Shown here one piece after another: positions 41,437 to 50,782 of a stretch of DNA of 64,000 nt. The stretch comes from Longimicrobiales bacterium (GTDB lineage Bacteria; Gemmatimonadota; Gemmatimonadetes; Longimicrobiales; Gaopeijiaceae). Location: assembly GCA_965198065.1 (NCBI GenBank), contig CBDAON010000004.1:544001-608000 (forward strand), written 5' to 3'. Below the pieces are notes generated by a model. It did no database searches. It had not been told where the DNA came from and saw nothing but the letters and a program-made list of their open reading frames with translations. How positions within the stretch are numbered: the stretch's first letter is position 1; each line of letters starts with the position of its first letter. Position numbers and translations under genes: made by a program.

Positions 41437-41817
41437 TCAGCCCCCGGCTGTCCAGGGGTAGTCTCGCTCGAAGGCGTCCTCGAAGGCGAAGAGGTCACGG
41501 AAGTCCTCGGGACGATCACCCTCCTCGGCGACGAGGATCCCGGCGTCCACGAGCGCGAACACGATCTCTCCAAGATCGTCGGTGGTGTGGATGCCCCAGT
41601 GCTCCAGCACCGTGCCGGCGAGGGGCCCGAACCGCTCGAGCGCGAGGGAGCGGGCCCCTTCGGCCAGCTCCGGCCCCGAGATATGACGCGGGCGGGGGAG
41701 TCCCTGGATCACGTGATGCAGGGAGGAAAGAAGGAAGAGGTACGCCTTTCCGTGGAACCGAGGATTGCGCTCCTTCAGGCGCTCGAGCACCTCGTCGGCG
41801 AACTGAACTTCAGTCAT
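41437..41817 (-). CDS. Minf_1886-family protein
   Basis: AYLF, HISGPEL, FGPLA..VLEHWGI..TDDLGEIVF. Confidence 0.8.
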   Translation of the reverse strand: MTEVQFADEVLERLKERNPRFHGKAYLFLLSSLHHVIQGLPRPRHISGPELAEGARSLALERFGPLAGTVLEHWGIHTTDDLGEIVFALVDAGILVAEEGDRPEDFRDLFAFEDAFERDYPWTAGG

Positions 41818-41877
41818 GGCGCTGAAGTTGGGCCCCGGGCGGCACCCACGCCAGGGGCAGGCCAGGCGAGGATCGGC

Positions 41878-43149
41878 TCACGCCCCCACGCTCGCGAGAT
41901 CCGGGTAGAGGGGGAAGGTGCGCGTCAGATCCGAGACCTCGGCACGGATCCGGGATCGCAGATCGGTGTCCCCGGGGCGCTCGAGGATGTCCGAGATCCA
42001 GTCGGCGATCCTCAGCATCTCCGGCTCTCTCATGCCCTGGGTGGTAAGGGCGGGTGTGCCGATGCGGAGACCCGACGTCACGAACGGCGAGCGGGTCTCG
42101 CCGGGGACGGTGTTCTTGTTCACAGTGATGCCCGCCTCCTCAAGGGCGCGCTCGGCGTCCTTGCCCGTGAGCTCGCCCCGATCGCGGAGGTCCAGGAGGA
42201 TCATGTGGTTGTCGGTGCCCCCCGAGACGAGGCGGAACCCACGCTGCATGACGCGGTCACCCAGGGCCTTCGCGTTCCTGACGATTTGCGTCTGGTACTC
42301 CTTAAACTCCGGCTGGAGCGCCTCGTGGAGCGCGACGGCCTTGGCGGCGATGATGTGCATGAGGGGCCCTCCCTGGGTCCCCGGGAAGACGGCCTTGTCT
42401 ACGATTTTCGCGTGTGACTCCTTCGCGAAGATCATGCCGCCCCGCGGCCCCCGGAGCGTCTTGTGCGTGGTCGTCGTCACCACGTCCGCGTGCGGGATGG
42501 GGCTCGGGTGGAGCCCCGTGGCGATGAGCCCCGCGATGTGGGCCATGTCCACCATGAGGACGGCCTCCGCCTCCCGGGCGATCGCCCCGAACGCCTCGAA
42601 GTCGAGAATGCGTGGATACGCGCTCGCCCCGGCGACGATCAGCTTCGGACGCTCGCGGAGAGCCTGCTCCCGGAGCACGTCGTAATCCACGCGCCCATCC
42701 TCCTCGCGGACGCCGTACGCACTCACCCGGTAGAGGATCCCCGACGCATTGACTGGGGACCCGTGCGTGAGATGCCCTCCGTGGGAGAGGTTCATTCCCA
42801 GCATGCGGTCGCCCGGCTCCAGGAAGGCGAGGTAGACCGCCATGTTAGCCTGGGCGCCCGAGTGCGGCTGGACGTTCACATGGTCGGCGGCAAAGAGCTC
42901 CTTCGCCCTCTGGCGGGCGAGCTCCTCCACCACGTCCACGAACTCGCACCCGCCGTAGTAGCGCTTTCCCGGAAGCCCCTCCGCGTACTTGTTCGTGAGG
43001 ACGGAGCCGGCGGCCTCGAGCACCGCCCGTGACACGAAATTCTCCGACGCGATCAGCTCGAGCTGGCCTGCCTGCCGGAGGACTTCCCCCTGAATCGCCA
43101 CGTAGACTTCAGGATCGACGCTCGAAAGTTGGAGCTGGGGCCGATACAT
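41878..43149 (-). CDS. glyA: Serine hydroxymethyltransferase
   Basis: [32 protein letters not shown]. Confidence 0.98.
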   Translation of the reverse strand: MYRPQLQLSSVDPEVYVAIQGEVLRQAGQLELIASENFVSRAVLEAAGSVLTNKYAEGLPGKRYYGGCEFVDVVEELARQRAKELFAADHVNVQPHSGAQANMAVYLAFLEPGDRMLGMNLSHGGHLTHGSPVNASGILYRVSAYGVREEDGRVDYDVLREQALRERPKLIVAGASAYPRILDFEAFGAIAREAEAVLMVDMAHIAGLIATGLHPSPIPHADVVTTTTHKTLRGPRGGMIFAKESHAKIVDKAVFPGTQGGPLMHIIAAKAVALHEALQPEFKEYQTQIVRNAKALGDRVMQRGFRLVSGGTDNHMILLDLRDRGELTGKDAERALEEAGITVNKNTVPGETRSPFVTSGLRIGTPALTTQGMREPEMLRIADWISDILERPGDTDLRSRIRAEVSDLTRTFPLYPDLASVGA

Positions 43150-43322
43150 GGAGTCGATCGCGCTCCCGCTGGTATGGAGGGGCACTGAGCTGCCAAAAAT
43201 AACGACCTGACGGCCGACCGCGGACTTCGCGGTCGACCGTCCAGAACATGGTCAGGCAGGGCTCGCGACGGAACCCGGAGTCGTCGGACGTTCGGCGGGG
43301 ACCGTGGGAGCGTGCGCCCGGA

Positions 43323-43946
43323 TCAGCGGGCCATCGCGGCTCGGAGCCCGTCCCGGACCGCTTCGTTGGAGGGCCGGATCGTGTAGTCCGTCTGGACGTC
43401 CATCCAGCGCACGACCCCCCCCAAGTCGATGACGTAGGCCGCCGGGTGGGGAATGGCGCCGCGCCGGCCGCCGTCCGGGTTGAGGATCCCGTATCGCCCG
43501 ATCACCGTGCTCTCAGGATCGGAAAGGAACGTGTAGTCCGGCTCCACTCCGTCGTCGCGCGCGATCCGCTGAAACGCGCGTCCGTTCTCTTCGTCCCCGT
43601 CTATCGATACGACAACGAGCTCGACCTCGGTCTTCAGGTCGTCGTCGAGCAGGTTACGCAACTCCGTGAGCTGAGTCATGCAGTACGGGCACCACCACCC
43701 GCGGTAGAAGACGAGGACGACGTACCTGGACCCCCGGAGGTCGGAAAGGGTGAACGTGTCTCCCCGGTACTGCGCGAGCGTGAAGTCGGGCGCCACCGTT
43801 CCGACGCGCACCCGTGAGATGTCCTCAGGCGAAAGATCGAATCCGTCGACGGGCCCGAGCGCCGGCTCCTGCGCCGACGCCGCAAGCGGGAAGGCGGCCG
43901 TGGTCACCGCCGCGAGCGCGCGGGACCTAATGGTCGGTAGTCGCAT
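43323..43946 (-). CDS. Secreted AhpC/TSA (peroxiredoxin-like) redoxin
   Basis: Signal peptide, APDFTL, FYRGWWCPYC. Confidence 0.88.
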   Translation of the reverse strand: MRLPTIRSRALAAVTTAAFPLAASAQEPALGPVDGFDLSPEDISRVRVGTVAPDFTLAQYRGDTFTLSDLRGSRYVVLVFYRGWWCPYCMTQLTELRNLLDDDLKTEVELVVVSIDGDEENGRAFQRIARDDGVEPDYTFLSDPESTVIGRYGILNPDGGRRGAIPHPAAYVIDLGGVVRWMDVQTDYTIRPSNEAVRDGLRAAMAR

Positions 43947-44142
43947 TATCGTTACCGCTCTGCTAAGGGTGGACCTGGTGTGATCGAAGGAGACGCAACG
44001 GGTCGACGCGGCCCCCGAGACTGGCGCGATGGAACCAAATCTCACCTATTCCTGTTGTCAATGGGCCCCTGACTGACGGGGCCGCGATCCGACGCGACTG
44101 TTTCACGCAATCGAGAGCCTGAACCTGTACCTGAACCTGTAT

Positions 44143-46410
44143 ATGATGCGGACCGGAGCCCGAAGAAGCCAGTTCGCGGTCGCCCTCGCCATCCTCCTGG
44201 CCTCGGTTCCCTTCCGAGCGGCGGGCCAGGCGCCCGTGCCGCAGCTCCCGAGCGGTGACGACCCGACCCCGAACAGCGAGATCGCGCTCCTCTCGTCGGT
44301 CGAGTCGGTCCAACCGGGGACGCCGTTCACCCTCGCGGTGCATATCGCCATTGACCCGGGATGGCACACCTATTGGATCAACGGCGGCGACGCCGGAAAC
44401 GAGCTGTTCGTCGAGTGGTCCCTTCCCGCCGGGTACACGGCCGGGCCTCTCCAGTGGCCGGTTCCGCAGCTGATCCCCGCCCCGCCCTTGATGAGCTACG
44501 GCTACCTGGGACAGGTCTTCGTTCTCGTCGAGATCACGCTGCCGGACGACGCGCCGGTTGGGGCAGACGCCGTCCTCCGCGGGAGCGCGGATTACGAGGT
44601 CTGCGCGGACATCTGTCTGATCGCGCTCCAGGACATCGAGGTGGTGCTGCCGGTTCGGTCGGGGCCGCCTGCTCCGGACGAGAACTGGGCTGCCACAGTC
44701 GCGGATACGCGGTCCCGCCTCCCCGTGCTAGCCGAGGGGTGGTCCCTTCGAGCGCGAACGAACGGCAGAGACGGGGAGGAAGCCGCTTACATTCTCGAGA
44801 TCGAGCCCACCGGAGCAGGCTCCATCCCAACACCGGGGTCCCTCCCGGAGCCACATTTCCTGGCAGACGGCGAGTTCGTCATCGAGCACGCTGCGGCGCA
44901 GGCGGTGGCAAGGGTTGGCGACAGGATCCGGCTCGTCGTTCCCCGCAACTACTTCGCCACCGACTACGAGAGTCGGATCGGCGGCCTCCTGGTCAGCGAT
45001 GTCCGATCGGCGATGCCGGTGGCGTGGTGGATCGAAGGCCCGGTGGAGCCGGGTCCGCCGACGAGCCAGGCCGGGGATGCCTTCGACGTCGCCGAGACGA
45101 TTATGACGGGGGGCGTGCCAGGCCTAGGGGAGGCGGCGGACGCGCCCGCCCAGGAGAGCGGGCCGACCATGCCCGGCGGCATGACCGGCCTGGCGGCCGC
45201 TCTCCTGTTTGCCTTCGTGGGCGGGCTCATTCTGAACCTCATGCCGTGTGTGTTCCCGGTGCTGTCGATGAAGGTGCTGGCATTCGTCGACCGAGGCGGT
45301 GAGGATCCGTCCCGCACACGGAGGCACGGGCTCGCGTTCGCAGCCGGCGTTCTCGCGTGTTTCTGGGCGCTCGCGGGAACTCTGCTACTGCTCCGCGCGG
45401 GTGGCCAAAGTCTGGGGTGGGGGTTCCAGCTCCAGTCCCCGGTGATCGTCGGGCTCCTGGCTCTCCTCCTCTTTGGGCTGGGCCTAAGCCTGAGCGGGCT
45501 CTTCGAGCTGGGGGGAGGCCTGACGCGCCTTGGTTCGGTGGGAGGGGGGCGGAGCCTCGGCGACTCGTTCCTCACCGGCGCCCTCACGGTGGTCGTCGCC
45601 ACGCCCTGTACGGCGCCGTTCATGGGCGCGGCCCTCGGCTTCGCCGTGTTGCAGCCGGCCTTCGTGGGGATGTCCGTGTTTACGGCGCTCGCGCTCGGGC
45701 TGGCGGCGCCATACGTGGTGCTCACCTCTGCTCCCCGATTGCTCGATCGTCTGCCCCGTGGGGGAGCCTGGACCGATACGGTCAAGCAGGCGCTCGCCTT
45801 TCCCATGTACGCGACGGTCGTGTGGCTGATCTGGGTGTTCGGCAATCAGGCCGGAATGGACGCCACCGGCCTCCTCCTCGTCGGCCTCATGCTCCTCGCT
45901 CTGTCCGGGTGGATCTATGGGGGAGCCACAGGCAGGTCGCCCTCGACGGTGAGGCGCGCGGCAGCCCTCTTGATCGTCTTCGCAAGTGCCGCCTTGGCGG
46001 TTCAGGGGGGTCGGACCGGCGATCCGTTGGCCGCGTCCGCTCCTCCACCCGGGGGCGTCGAATGGGAGGCATTCTCCCCGGAGCGCGTCGTAGCCCTGAG
46101 GGCAGAGGGCCAGGCCATCTTCATCGACTTCACGGCCGATTGGTGCCTGTCCTGCAAGGTGAACGAGCGCATCGCCCTGCACACGGATGCCGTCCGCTCG
46201 GCGTTCCGAGCTTCGGGACTGGCCCTCTTGGTCGCGGATTGGACCAACAGGGACCCTCAGATCGCGGACGCAATCGAAGGCTATGGACGGATCGGGTTGC
46301 CCCTCTACGTCCTCTATCCCGCCGACCCGGAGGGCACGCCGGAAATCCTTCCCGCGGTGCTCACCCCAGGCCTTCTCATCGAGGCGGTGGAGCGCGCGGC
46401 GGGCACCTGA
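44143..46410 (+). CDS. dsbD: Protein-disulfide reductase DsbD family
   Basis: GWHTYW..C..IC, LNLMPCVFP, ATPCTAP, FTADWCLSC. Confidence 0.93.
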   Translation: MMRTGARRSQFAVALAILLASVPFRAAGQAPVPQLPSGDDPTPNSEIALLSSVESVQPGTPFTLAVHIAIDPGWHTYWINGGDAGNELFVEWSLPAGYTAGPLQWPVPQLIPAPPLMSYGYLGQVFVLVEITLPDDAPVGADAVLRGSADYEVCADICLIALQDIEVVLPVRSGPPAPDENWAATVADTRSRLPVLAEGWSLRARTNGRDGEEAAYILEIEPTGAGSIPTPGSLPEPHFLADGEFVIEHAAAQAVARVGDRIRLVVPRNYFATDYESRIGGLLVSDVRSAMPVAWWIEGPVEPGPPTSQAGDAFDVAETIMTGGVPGLGEAADAPAQESGPTMPGGMTGLAAALLFAFVGGLILNLMPCVFPVLSMKVLAFVDRGGEDPSRTRRHGLAFAAGVLACFWALAGTLLLLRAGGQSLGWGFQLQSPVIVGLLALLLFGLGLSLSGLFELGGGLTRLGSVGGGRSLGDSFLTGALTVVVATPCTAPFMGAALGFAVLQPAFVGMSVFTALALGLAAPYVVLTSAPRLLDRLPRGGAWTDTVKQALAFPMYATVVWLIWVFGNQAGMDATGLLLVGLMLLALSGWIYGGATGRSPSTVRRAAALLIVFASAALAVQGGRTGDPLAASAPPPGGVEWEAFSPERVVALRAEGQAIFIDFTADWCLSCKVNERIALHTDAVRSAFRASGLALLVADWTNRDPQIADAIEGYGRIGLPLYVLYPADPEGTPEILPAVLTPGLLIEAVERAAGT

Positions 46411-46425
46411 GCCGGCGCTCAGCCC

Positions 46426-47481
46426 TCAATCTCCCTTGCGCCGGCTTCGGCGCGCCTCCCTGAGACGGCTCTCGGCGACCGCCGCCGCCGCCGCCGCTGG
46501 CGTCACCCCCGTCTCTCGCGCCCGCCGGAAGATCTTGGTAAGGGTGTCGTGGATGGCGATCGTCTTCTCACGGCTCCGCTCGGGGCCCCACTCCTCGATG
46601 TCCCGGTACACGTTAATGATTCCGCCCGCGTTGATCACGTAGTCGGGAGCGTAGAGGATCCCCCGCCGGGCCAGGGCGTCTGCGTGACGCTCCTCGGCCA
46701 GTTGGTTGTTCGCCGCGCCGGCTACGATCCGCACCCGGAGGACGGGGATCGTGTCGTCGTTCAGCACCGCGCCGAGCGCGCAGGGCGCGAAGACGTCGGC
46801 CTCCACCGTGTAGATCTCGCCCGGCGGCACGGCCCGGGCCCCGTGCTCCTCGACCATGCCCCGGACCCGTTCCTCGTCCACGTCCGTCACGGTGATCCGT
46901 GCCCCCGCTCGGCTGAGGTGCCCGCACAGGTACCTACCCACGTGGCCCAGGCCCTGCACGGCCACGTGCTTCCCCTCGAGCGACGGATCCCCAAACACCG
47001 CCCTCGCCGACGCCCGGATCCCCTCGAAAGTGCCGAGCGCCGTGAAGGGCGAGGGATCTCCCGCACCGTCGTGGAGCCCCGTCACGTACGGCGTCTCCAT
47101 CCGGACGAAGGCCATGTCCTCCTCGGAGGTCCCCACGTCCTCGGCCGCGTAGTAGCGTCCGCCGAGCGCGTTGATCGCCCGGCCATGGGCCCGGAACACG
47201 GCCTCCCGGTCCTTGGTCCGACTGTCCCCGATGATGACCCCCTTTCCGCCCCCCACATCGAGCCCCGCCACGGCCGCCTTCAAGGTCATCGCCCGAGAGA
47301 GCCGCAGCACGTCGGTGAGGGCCTCCTCCTCCGAGCCGTAGCTCCAGAAGCGGGTCCCGCCGAGCGCCGGTCCCAGGGACGTGTCGTGCACCGCGATGAT
47401 CCCTTGGTACCCGCTGGCCGGCTCGGACCAGTACGTCACCTGCTCGTGGCCCATCGAAGCCATGCTCTCGAAGAGCCTCAC
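46426..47481 (-). CDS. Leu/Phe/Val dehydrogenase
   Basis: GPALGGTR, GGGKGVI, AEDVGT, GLGHVG, GAANNQL, PDYVINAGG. Confidence 0.93.
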   Translation of the reverse strand: MRLFESMASMGHEQVTYWSEPASGYQGIIAVHDTSLGPALGGTRFWSYGSEEEALTDVLRLSRAMTLKAAVAGLDVGGGKGVIIGDSRTKDREAVFRAHGRAINALGGRYYAAEDVGTSEEDMAFVRMETPYVTGLHDGAGDPSPFTALGTFEGIRASARAVFGDPSLEGKHVAVQGLGHVGRYLCGHLSRAGARITVTDVDEERVRGMVEEHGARAVPPGEIYTVEADVFAPCALGAVLNDDTIPVLRVRIVAGAANNQLAEERHADALARRGILYAPDYVINAGGIINVYRDIEEWGPERSREKTIAIHDTLTKIFRRARETGVTPAAAAAAVAESRLREARRSRRKGD

Positions 47482-48365
47482 CCGTCCTCCTCGACCCGGA
47501 GCGACTTCCAGTCCGGGTCCAGCCGCCCCCACGGCACCTCGGCGTCGTGCTCGAAGACGAGGAGCCAGCTCCCCTCGACGGCCCGGCGCCAATACTCGCG
47601 CTTCGTCTGTAGCGTGACGAGCGGCTCCAGGTCGTACGCCATGATCCACGGGAGCGGAATGTGGGCCGTCGTGGGACACAGGTCGGCGAGGAAGCAAGCG
47701 GTCTCGCCACCCGACTCGACGAACGCGCATTGATGGCTCGGAGTATGACCCGGCGTGACCTCGACCCGGACGCCGGGGGTGATCTCGACGTTCCCTTCCA
47801 CGAGATCCCAGAGACCGGCCTCGGTGATGGGCTCGATGTTTCTCTGGAGATAGCTCGCGCGGATCCGTTCGTTCGGCTTCTTCGAGAGCTCGAGCTCTCC
47901 CCTCTGCACGACATATCGGGCGGCCGGAAAGGCGGAGCCGACGGTGCCGTCGTCCCGCTTTAACGCCGCCCCTCCGACGTGATCGAAGTGGAGGTGAGTC
48001 TGGAGGACGATGTCCACATCGTCCGGCTGGAAGCCGGCAGCTCGGATCGCGTCCTCGAGACGCGTGGGGTCGCCCTCGTTCTCGACCCCGAAGACGTCCA
48101 TAAACTTCGCGTCTTCCTTGTTTCCGACTCCGGTGTCCACGAGGACGAGCGCGTCGGGCGCCTCGATGAGGAGGCAGCGGAGCGCCAGCGGGATCCGGTG
48201 TCGATCGTCTGGGGCGATCTTCTTCTCCCAGAGGACCCGGGGCACTACGCCGAACATGGCCCCTCCCTCCAGATGGACCCGGCCTGCGTCCAGCGCGTGG
48301 ATCCGGATGTCGCCGACCTTCCGGGTCCGCACTAACGGCGCCGAGCGTGCTTCAGGTTCCGCCAT
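47478..48365 (-). CDS. MBL-fold metallo-hydrolase (YtnP-like)
   Basis: GGAMFGVVP, THLHFDH, GHT, FEHD. Confidence 0.9.
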   Translation of the reverse strand: MAEPEARSAPLVRTRKVGDIRIHALDAGRVHLEGGAMFGVVPRVLWEKKIAPDDRHRIPLALRCLLIEAPDALVLVDTGVGNKEDAKFMDVFGVENEGDPTRLEDAIRAAGFQPDDVDIVLQTHLHFDHVGGAALKRDDGTVGSAFPAARYVVQRGELELSKKPNERIRASYLQRNIEPITEAGLWDLVEGNVEITPGVRVEVTPGHTPSHQCAFVESGGETACFLADLCPTTAHIPLPWIMAYDLEPLVTLQTKREYWRRAVEGSWLLVFEHDAEVPWGRLDPDWKSLRVEEDG

Positions 48366-48386
48366 CGACCATCGCCTCCCCTGTCC

Positions 48387-49199
48387 TCAATTCTGTCCTC
48401 CATACGGAAGGTTCCGCCTCCGCCTCACGAGCGCCTCCCTCAGTGACGGGAAGTCGCGAATGCCCCGGTCCTCCGCAACCCCGAGAAGGTGCACCAGCAG
48501 CCGGGCCGTGGCGATGGCGTCGCCGAGCGCCCGATGCCGGTTCCAGATCGGAATGCCGAAGTGCCGGGCGAGCGAGTCGAGTCCGTGCCGCCGGAGGCCG
48601 GGAACGAGGAGCCGACCCAGACGGGCGGTGCAGATCCGCTCGAGCTCGGGCACGTCGCCGGCTGCGTGGAAGAGCTCGTCGCTCACGAACGCCCAGTCGA
48701 AGCGGACGTTGTGGGCCACGAACACCCGCCCCGTCAGGCGGTCCTGGACGGCTCCGGCCACCCACTCGAACAGGGGAGCGACCGCAACCATCGCGTCCGT
48801 GATCCCGGTGAACCGCTGGATCCGCTCCGGGATCGGGCGCCCCGGGTTCACGAGGGTCTCGTACGCCGTGCCCACCGCTCCCCCGTCCACGTGAACGACC
48901 CCCACCTCGATGATCCGGTCTCCCCGCGACGCCGCGCCGCCCGTGGTCTCGACGTCCACGACAGCCCACGCCACCTCGGAGAGCGCCATCCCGGGCGCGG
49001 GAGCCTCCGGAGAGACGCTCCACACCCCCGCCGGGTCCACGCGAAAGCCGTCGTCGCCTCCTAGGAGCGTGAACACGGCCTTCGAGGCCGCGCCCGCATG
49101 CCCGGTGAGGCCGAGCACCCTTCTGGCCAGGTCGAGCGTGTGCGCGGGCCCATCCTGGAGGACCCGCCTCGCCTCCTCTCTCAGCAAGTAGGCGGTCAC
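48387..49199 (-). CDS. DEDDh 3'-5' exonuclease (DnaQ-like)
   Basis: DVETTG, AHNVRFD, HRALGDA. Confidence 0.9.
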   Translation of the reverse strand: MTAYLLREEARRVLQDGPAHTLDLARRVLGLTGHAGAASKAVFTLLGGDDGFRVDPAGVWSVSPEAPAPGMALSEVAWAVVDVETTGGAASRGDRIIEVGVVHVDGGAVGTAYETLVNPGRPIPERIQRFTGITDAMVAVAPLFEWVAGAVQDRLTGRVFVAHNVRFDWAFVSDELFHAAGDVPELERICTARLGRLLVPGLRRHGLDSLARHFGIPIWNRHRALGDAIATARLLVHLLGVAEDRGIRDFPSLREALVRRRRNLPYGGQN

Positions 49200-49206
49200 G
49201 ACTTCC

Positions 49207-49845
49207 CTAGCGAGGGGTTAGCGCGAAGGAGAGGGACTCTAGCTCCACGGCCATGTCCACGTCGCTCACGACCACGCCCTTCGGCACGCGCAACCGGACC
49301 GGGGCGAAGTTCAGGATCCCACGCACGCCCACCCGCACGAGGGCGTCCGCTGCCTCCTGCGCGGCCACCGCCGGCACGGCCAGGATCGCGATCTCGGCCG
49401 GGCTCTCCCGAAAGACCTCGGCCATGCGGTCCGCCGACTGCACGAGCACGTCGTTCCACCGCGTGCCGATCTTTTTGGGATCGTTGTCCAGGATAGAGAC
49501 GATCTGAAAGCCCCGACCCCGGAAGTTCGGGTATTCCACGAGGGCGGCGCCGATCCGTCCCGCTCCGATCAGGGCGACCCGCCACCGGTGCGAGAGCCCG
49601 AGGATGTCCCTCAGCCGGTCCCTAAGCGGCCGGATCGCATACCCGTGCCCGCGTTTTCCGAAGGAGCCGAACAGGGAGAGGTCCTTTCGAACCTGCGGTC
49701 CCGTGGTCCCCGCGCGTTCAGCCAGGAGGCGGCTCGAGACCGTGCCCTCTCCCCCCTCCCCTCCGATCTCCTCCAGCGCCCGAACGTACAGGGACAGGCG
49801 GCGGACGGTGGACTCGGAGACCCGGCGCGGGGCGGCGGAAGGCAA
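49207..49845 (-). CDS. rex: Redox-sensing transcriptional repressor Rex (start uncertain)
   Basis: STVRRLSLY, QVRKDLS.FG..G.RG.GY, GAGRIG, ILNFAP. Confidence 0.93.
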   Translation of the reverse strand: MPSAAPRRVSESTVRRLSLYVRALEEIGGEGGEGTVSSRLLAERAGTTGPQVRKDLSLFGSFGKRGHGYAIRPLRDRLRDILGLSHRWRVALIGAGRIGAALVEYPNFRGRGFQIVSILDNDPKKIGTRWNDVLVQSADRMAEVFRESPAEIAILAVPAVAAQEAADALVRVGVRGILNFAPVRLRVPKGVVVSDVDMAVELESLSFALTPR

Positions 49846-49913
49846 TGGGAAAGGTGGCGCGGAGCGAGCGGTCTCCGGTACTCCGGCGACTCGAGGGGCC
49901 GGCTCCGAAGTCC

Positions 49914-49931
49914 TTGTGAAATCCTTCACAA
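49914..49931. promoter_or_regulatory. Rex operator
   Basis: Perfect TTGTGAA-ATCC-TTCACAA palindrome upstream of rex. Confidence 0.9.
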
Positions 49932-49944
49932 GATAGCGGGAACG

Positions 49945-50766
49945 TCAGCGGGCCGGCAGGCTCCGGGTCAGGGCCACGAGCTCGGGGGGACCCACCTCCT
50001 CCGGACGGTCCGTGGCCGCCGCGCCGGCCGCCGCGAGCGCCCGCTCCACGTCCGCCGGAACGAGCCGGAGGTCCGGGTGCTCGCGCAGGATCTTTCCGAG
50101 CTGCTTCCGCCTCCACTGGAAGAGCGCTCGGGTCAGATCCCGAAGGCGCCCTTCCTCGTCCGGGGTCATCGGGGCCGGACGCATAGGCCGGATCCGGATC
50201 ACCGCCGAGTCGACCTTGGGGCGCGGCCGAAACGCGCCGGCCGGCACCATCAGCACCCGCTCCACCTCGGCCGCCGAGCGAACGCCCACCGTGAGCGCAC
50301 CGTACTCTCGCGTTCCGGGCTCGGCGAGGATCCGGTCAGCGACCTCTACCTGCACCGTGAGGAGGAGCTCGCGGGGGCGGGGCGGCCGAAGCACGTGGAA
50401 GAGGATCGGGGACGTGAGGTTGTAGGGAATGTTCCCCACCACCGAGAGCAGCTTGGCGTCCGCGGCGAGGCTCTGGAGGGAGTGGTCGAGGATATCTCCG
50501 CGGACCACCGTTATGTCGGGGCGGCCCCGATACCGATCAGTGAGGGCCCCGGCGAGCTCGTCGTCGAGCTCAACGAGAACGAGCCGACCGCCCCGGGCCC
50601 CAACGGCTTGAACAAGCCCGTCGGTGAGTGCCCCCCGGCCCGGCCCGATCTCCACGACCGTCTCGCCGGGCCGGATGTCCACGGCCTCGACGATGCGGGC
50701 GCGGAACCCCCGATCGACGAGGAAGTTCTGGCCCAACAAACGCCGGGGCCAGTGGGTCATGCGCAT
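49945..50766 (-). CDS. rsmA: 16S rRNA dimethyladenosine transferase
   Basis: LGQNFL, EIGPGRG, GNIPYN, PKVDSAV. Confidence 0.95.
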   Translation of the reverse strand: MRMTHWPRRLLGQNFLVDRGFRARIVEAVDIRPGETVVEIGPGRGALTDGLVQAVGARGGRLVLVELDDELAGALTDRYRGRPDITVVRGDILDHSLQSLAADAKLLSVVGNIPYNLTSPILFHVLRPPRPRELLLTVQVEVADRILAEPGTREYGALTVGVRSAAEVERVLMVPAGAFRPRPKVDSAVIRIRPMRPAPMTPDEEGRLRDLTRALFQWRRKQLGKILREHPDLRLVPADVERALAAAGAAATDRPEEVGPPELVALTRSLPAR

Positions 50767-50782
50767 CCCGATTGGCAGGCCG

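Noticed and set aside
43670..43710. Selenocysteine in the redoxin active site
   Set aside because: Both positions are ordinary Cys codons
44118..44141. Tandem CCTGAACCTGTA x2 before dsbD
   Set aside because: Real, but only two copies, and I cannot support a function
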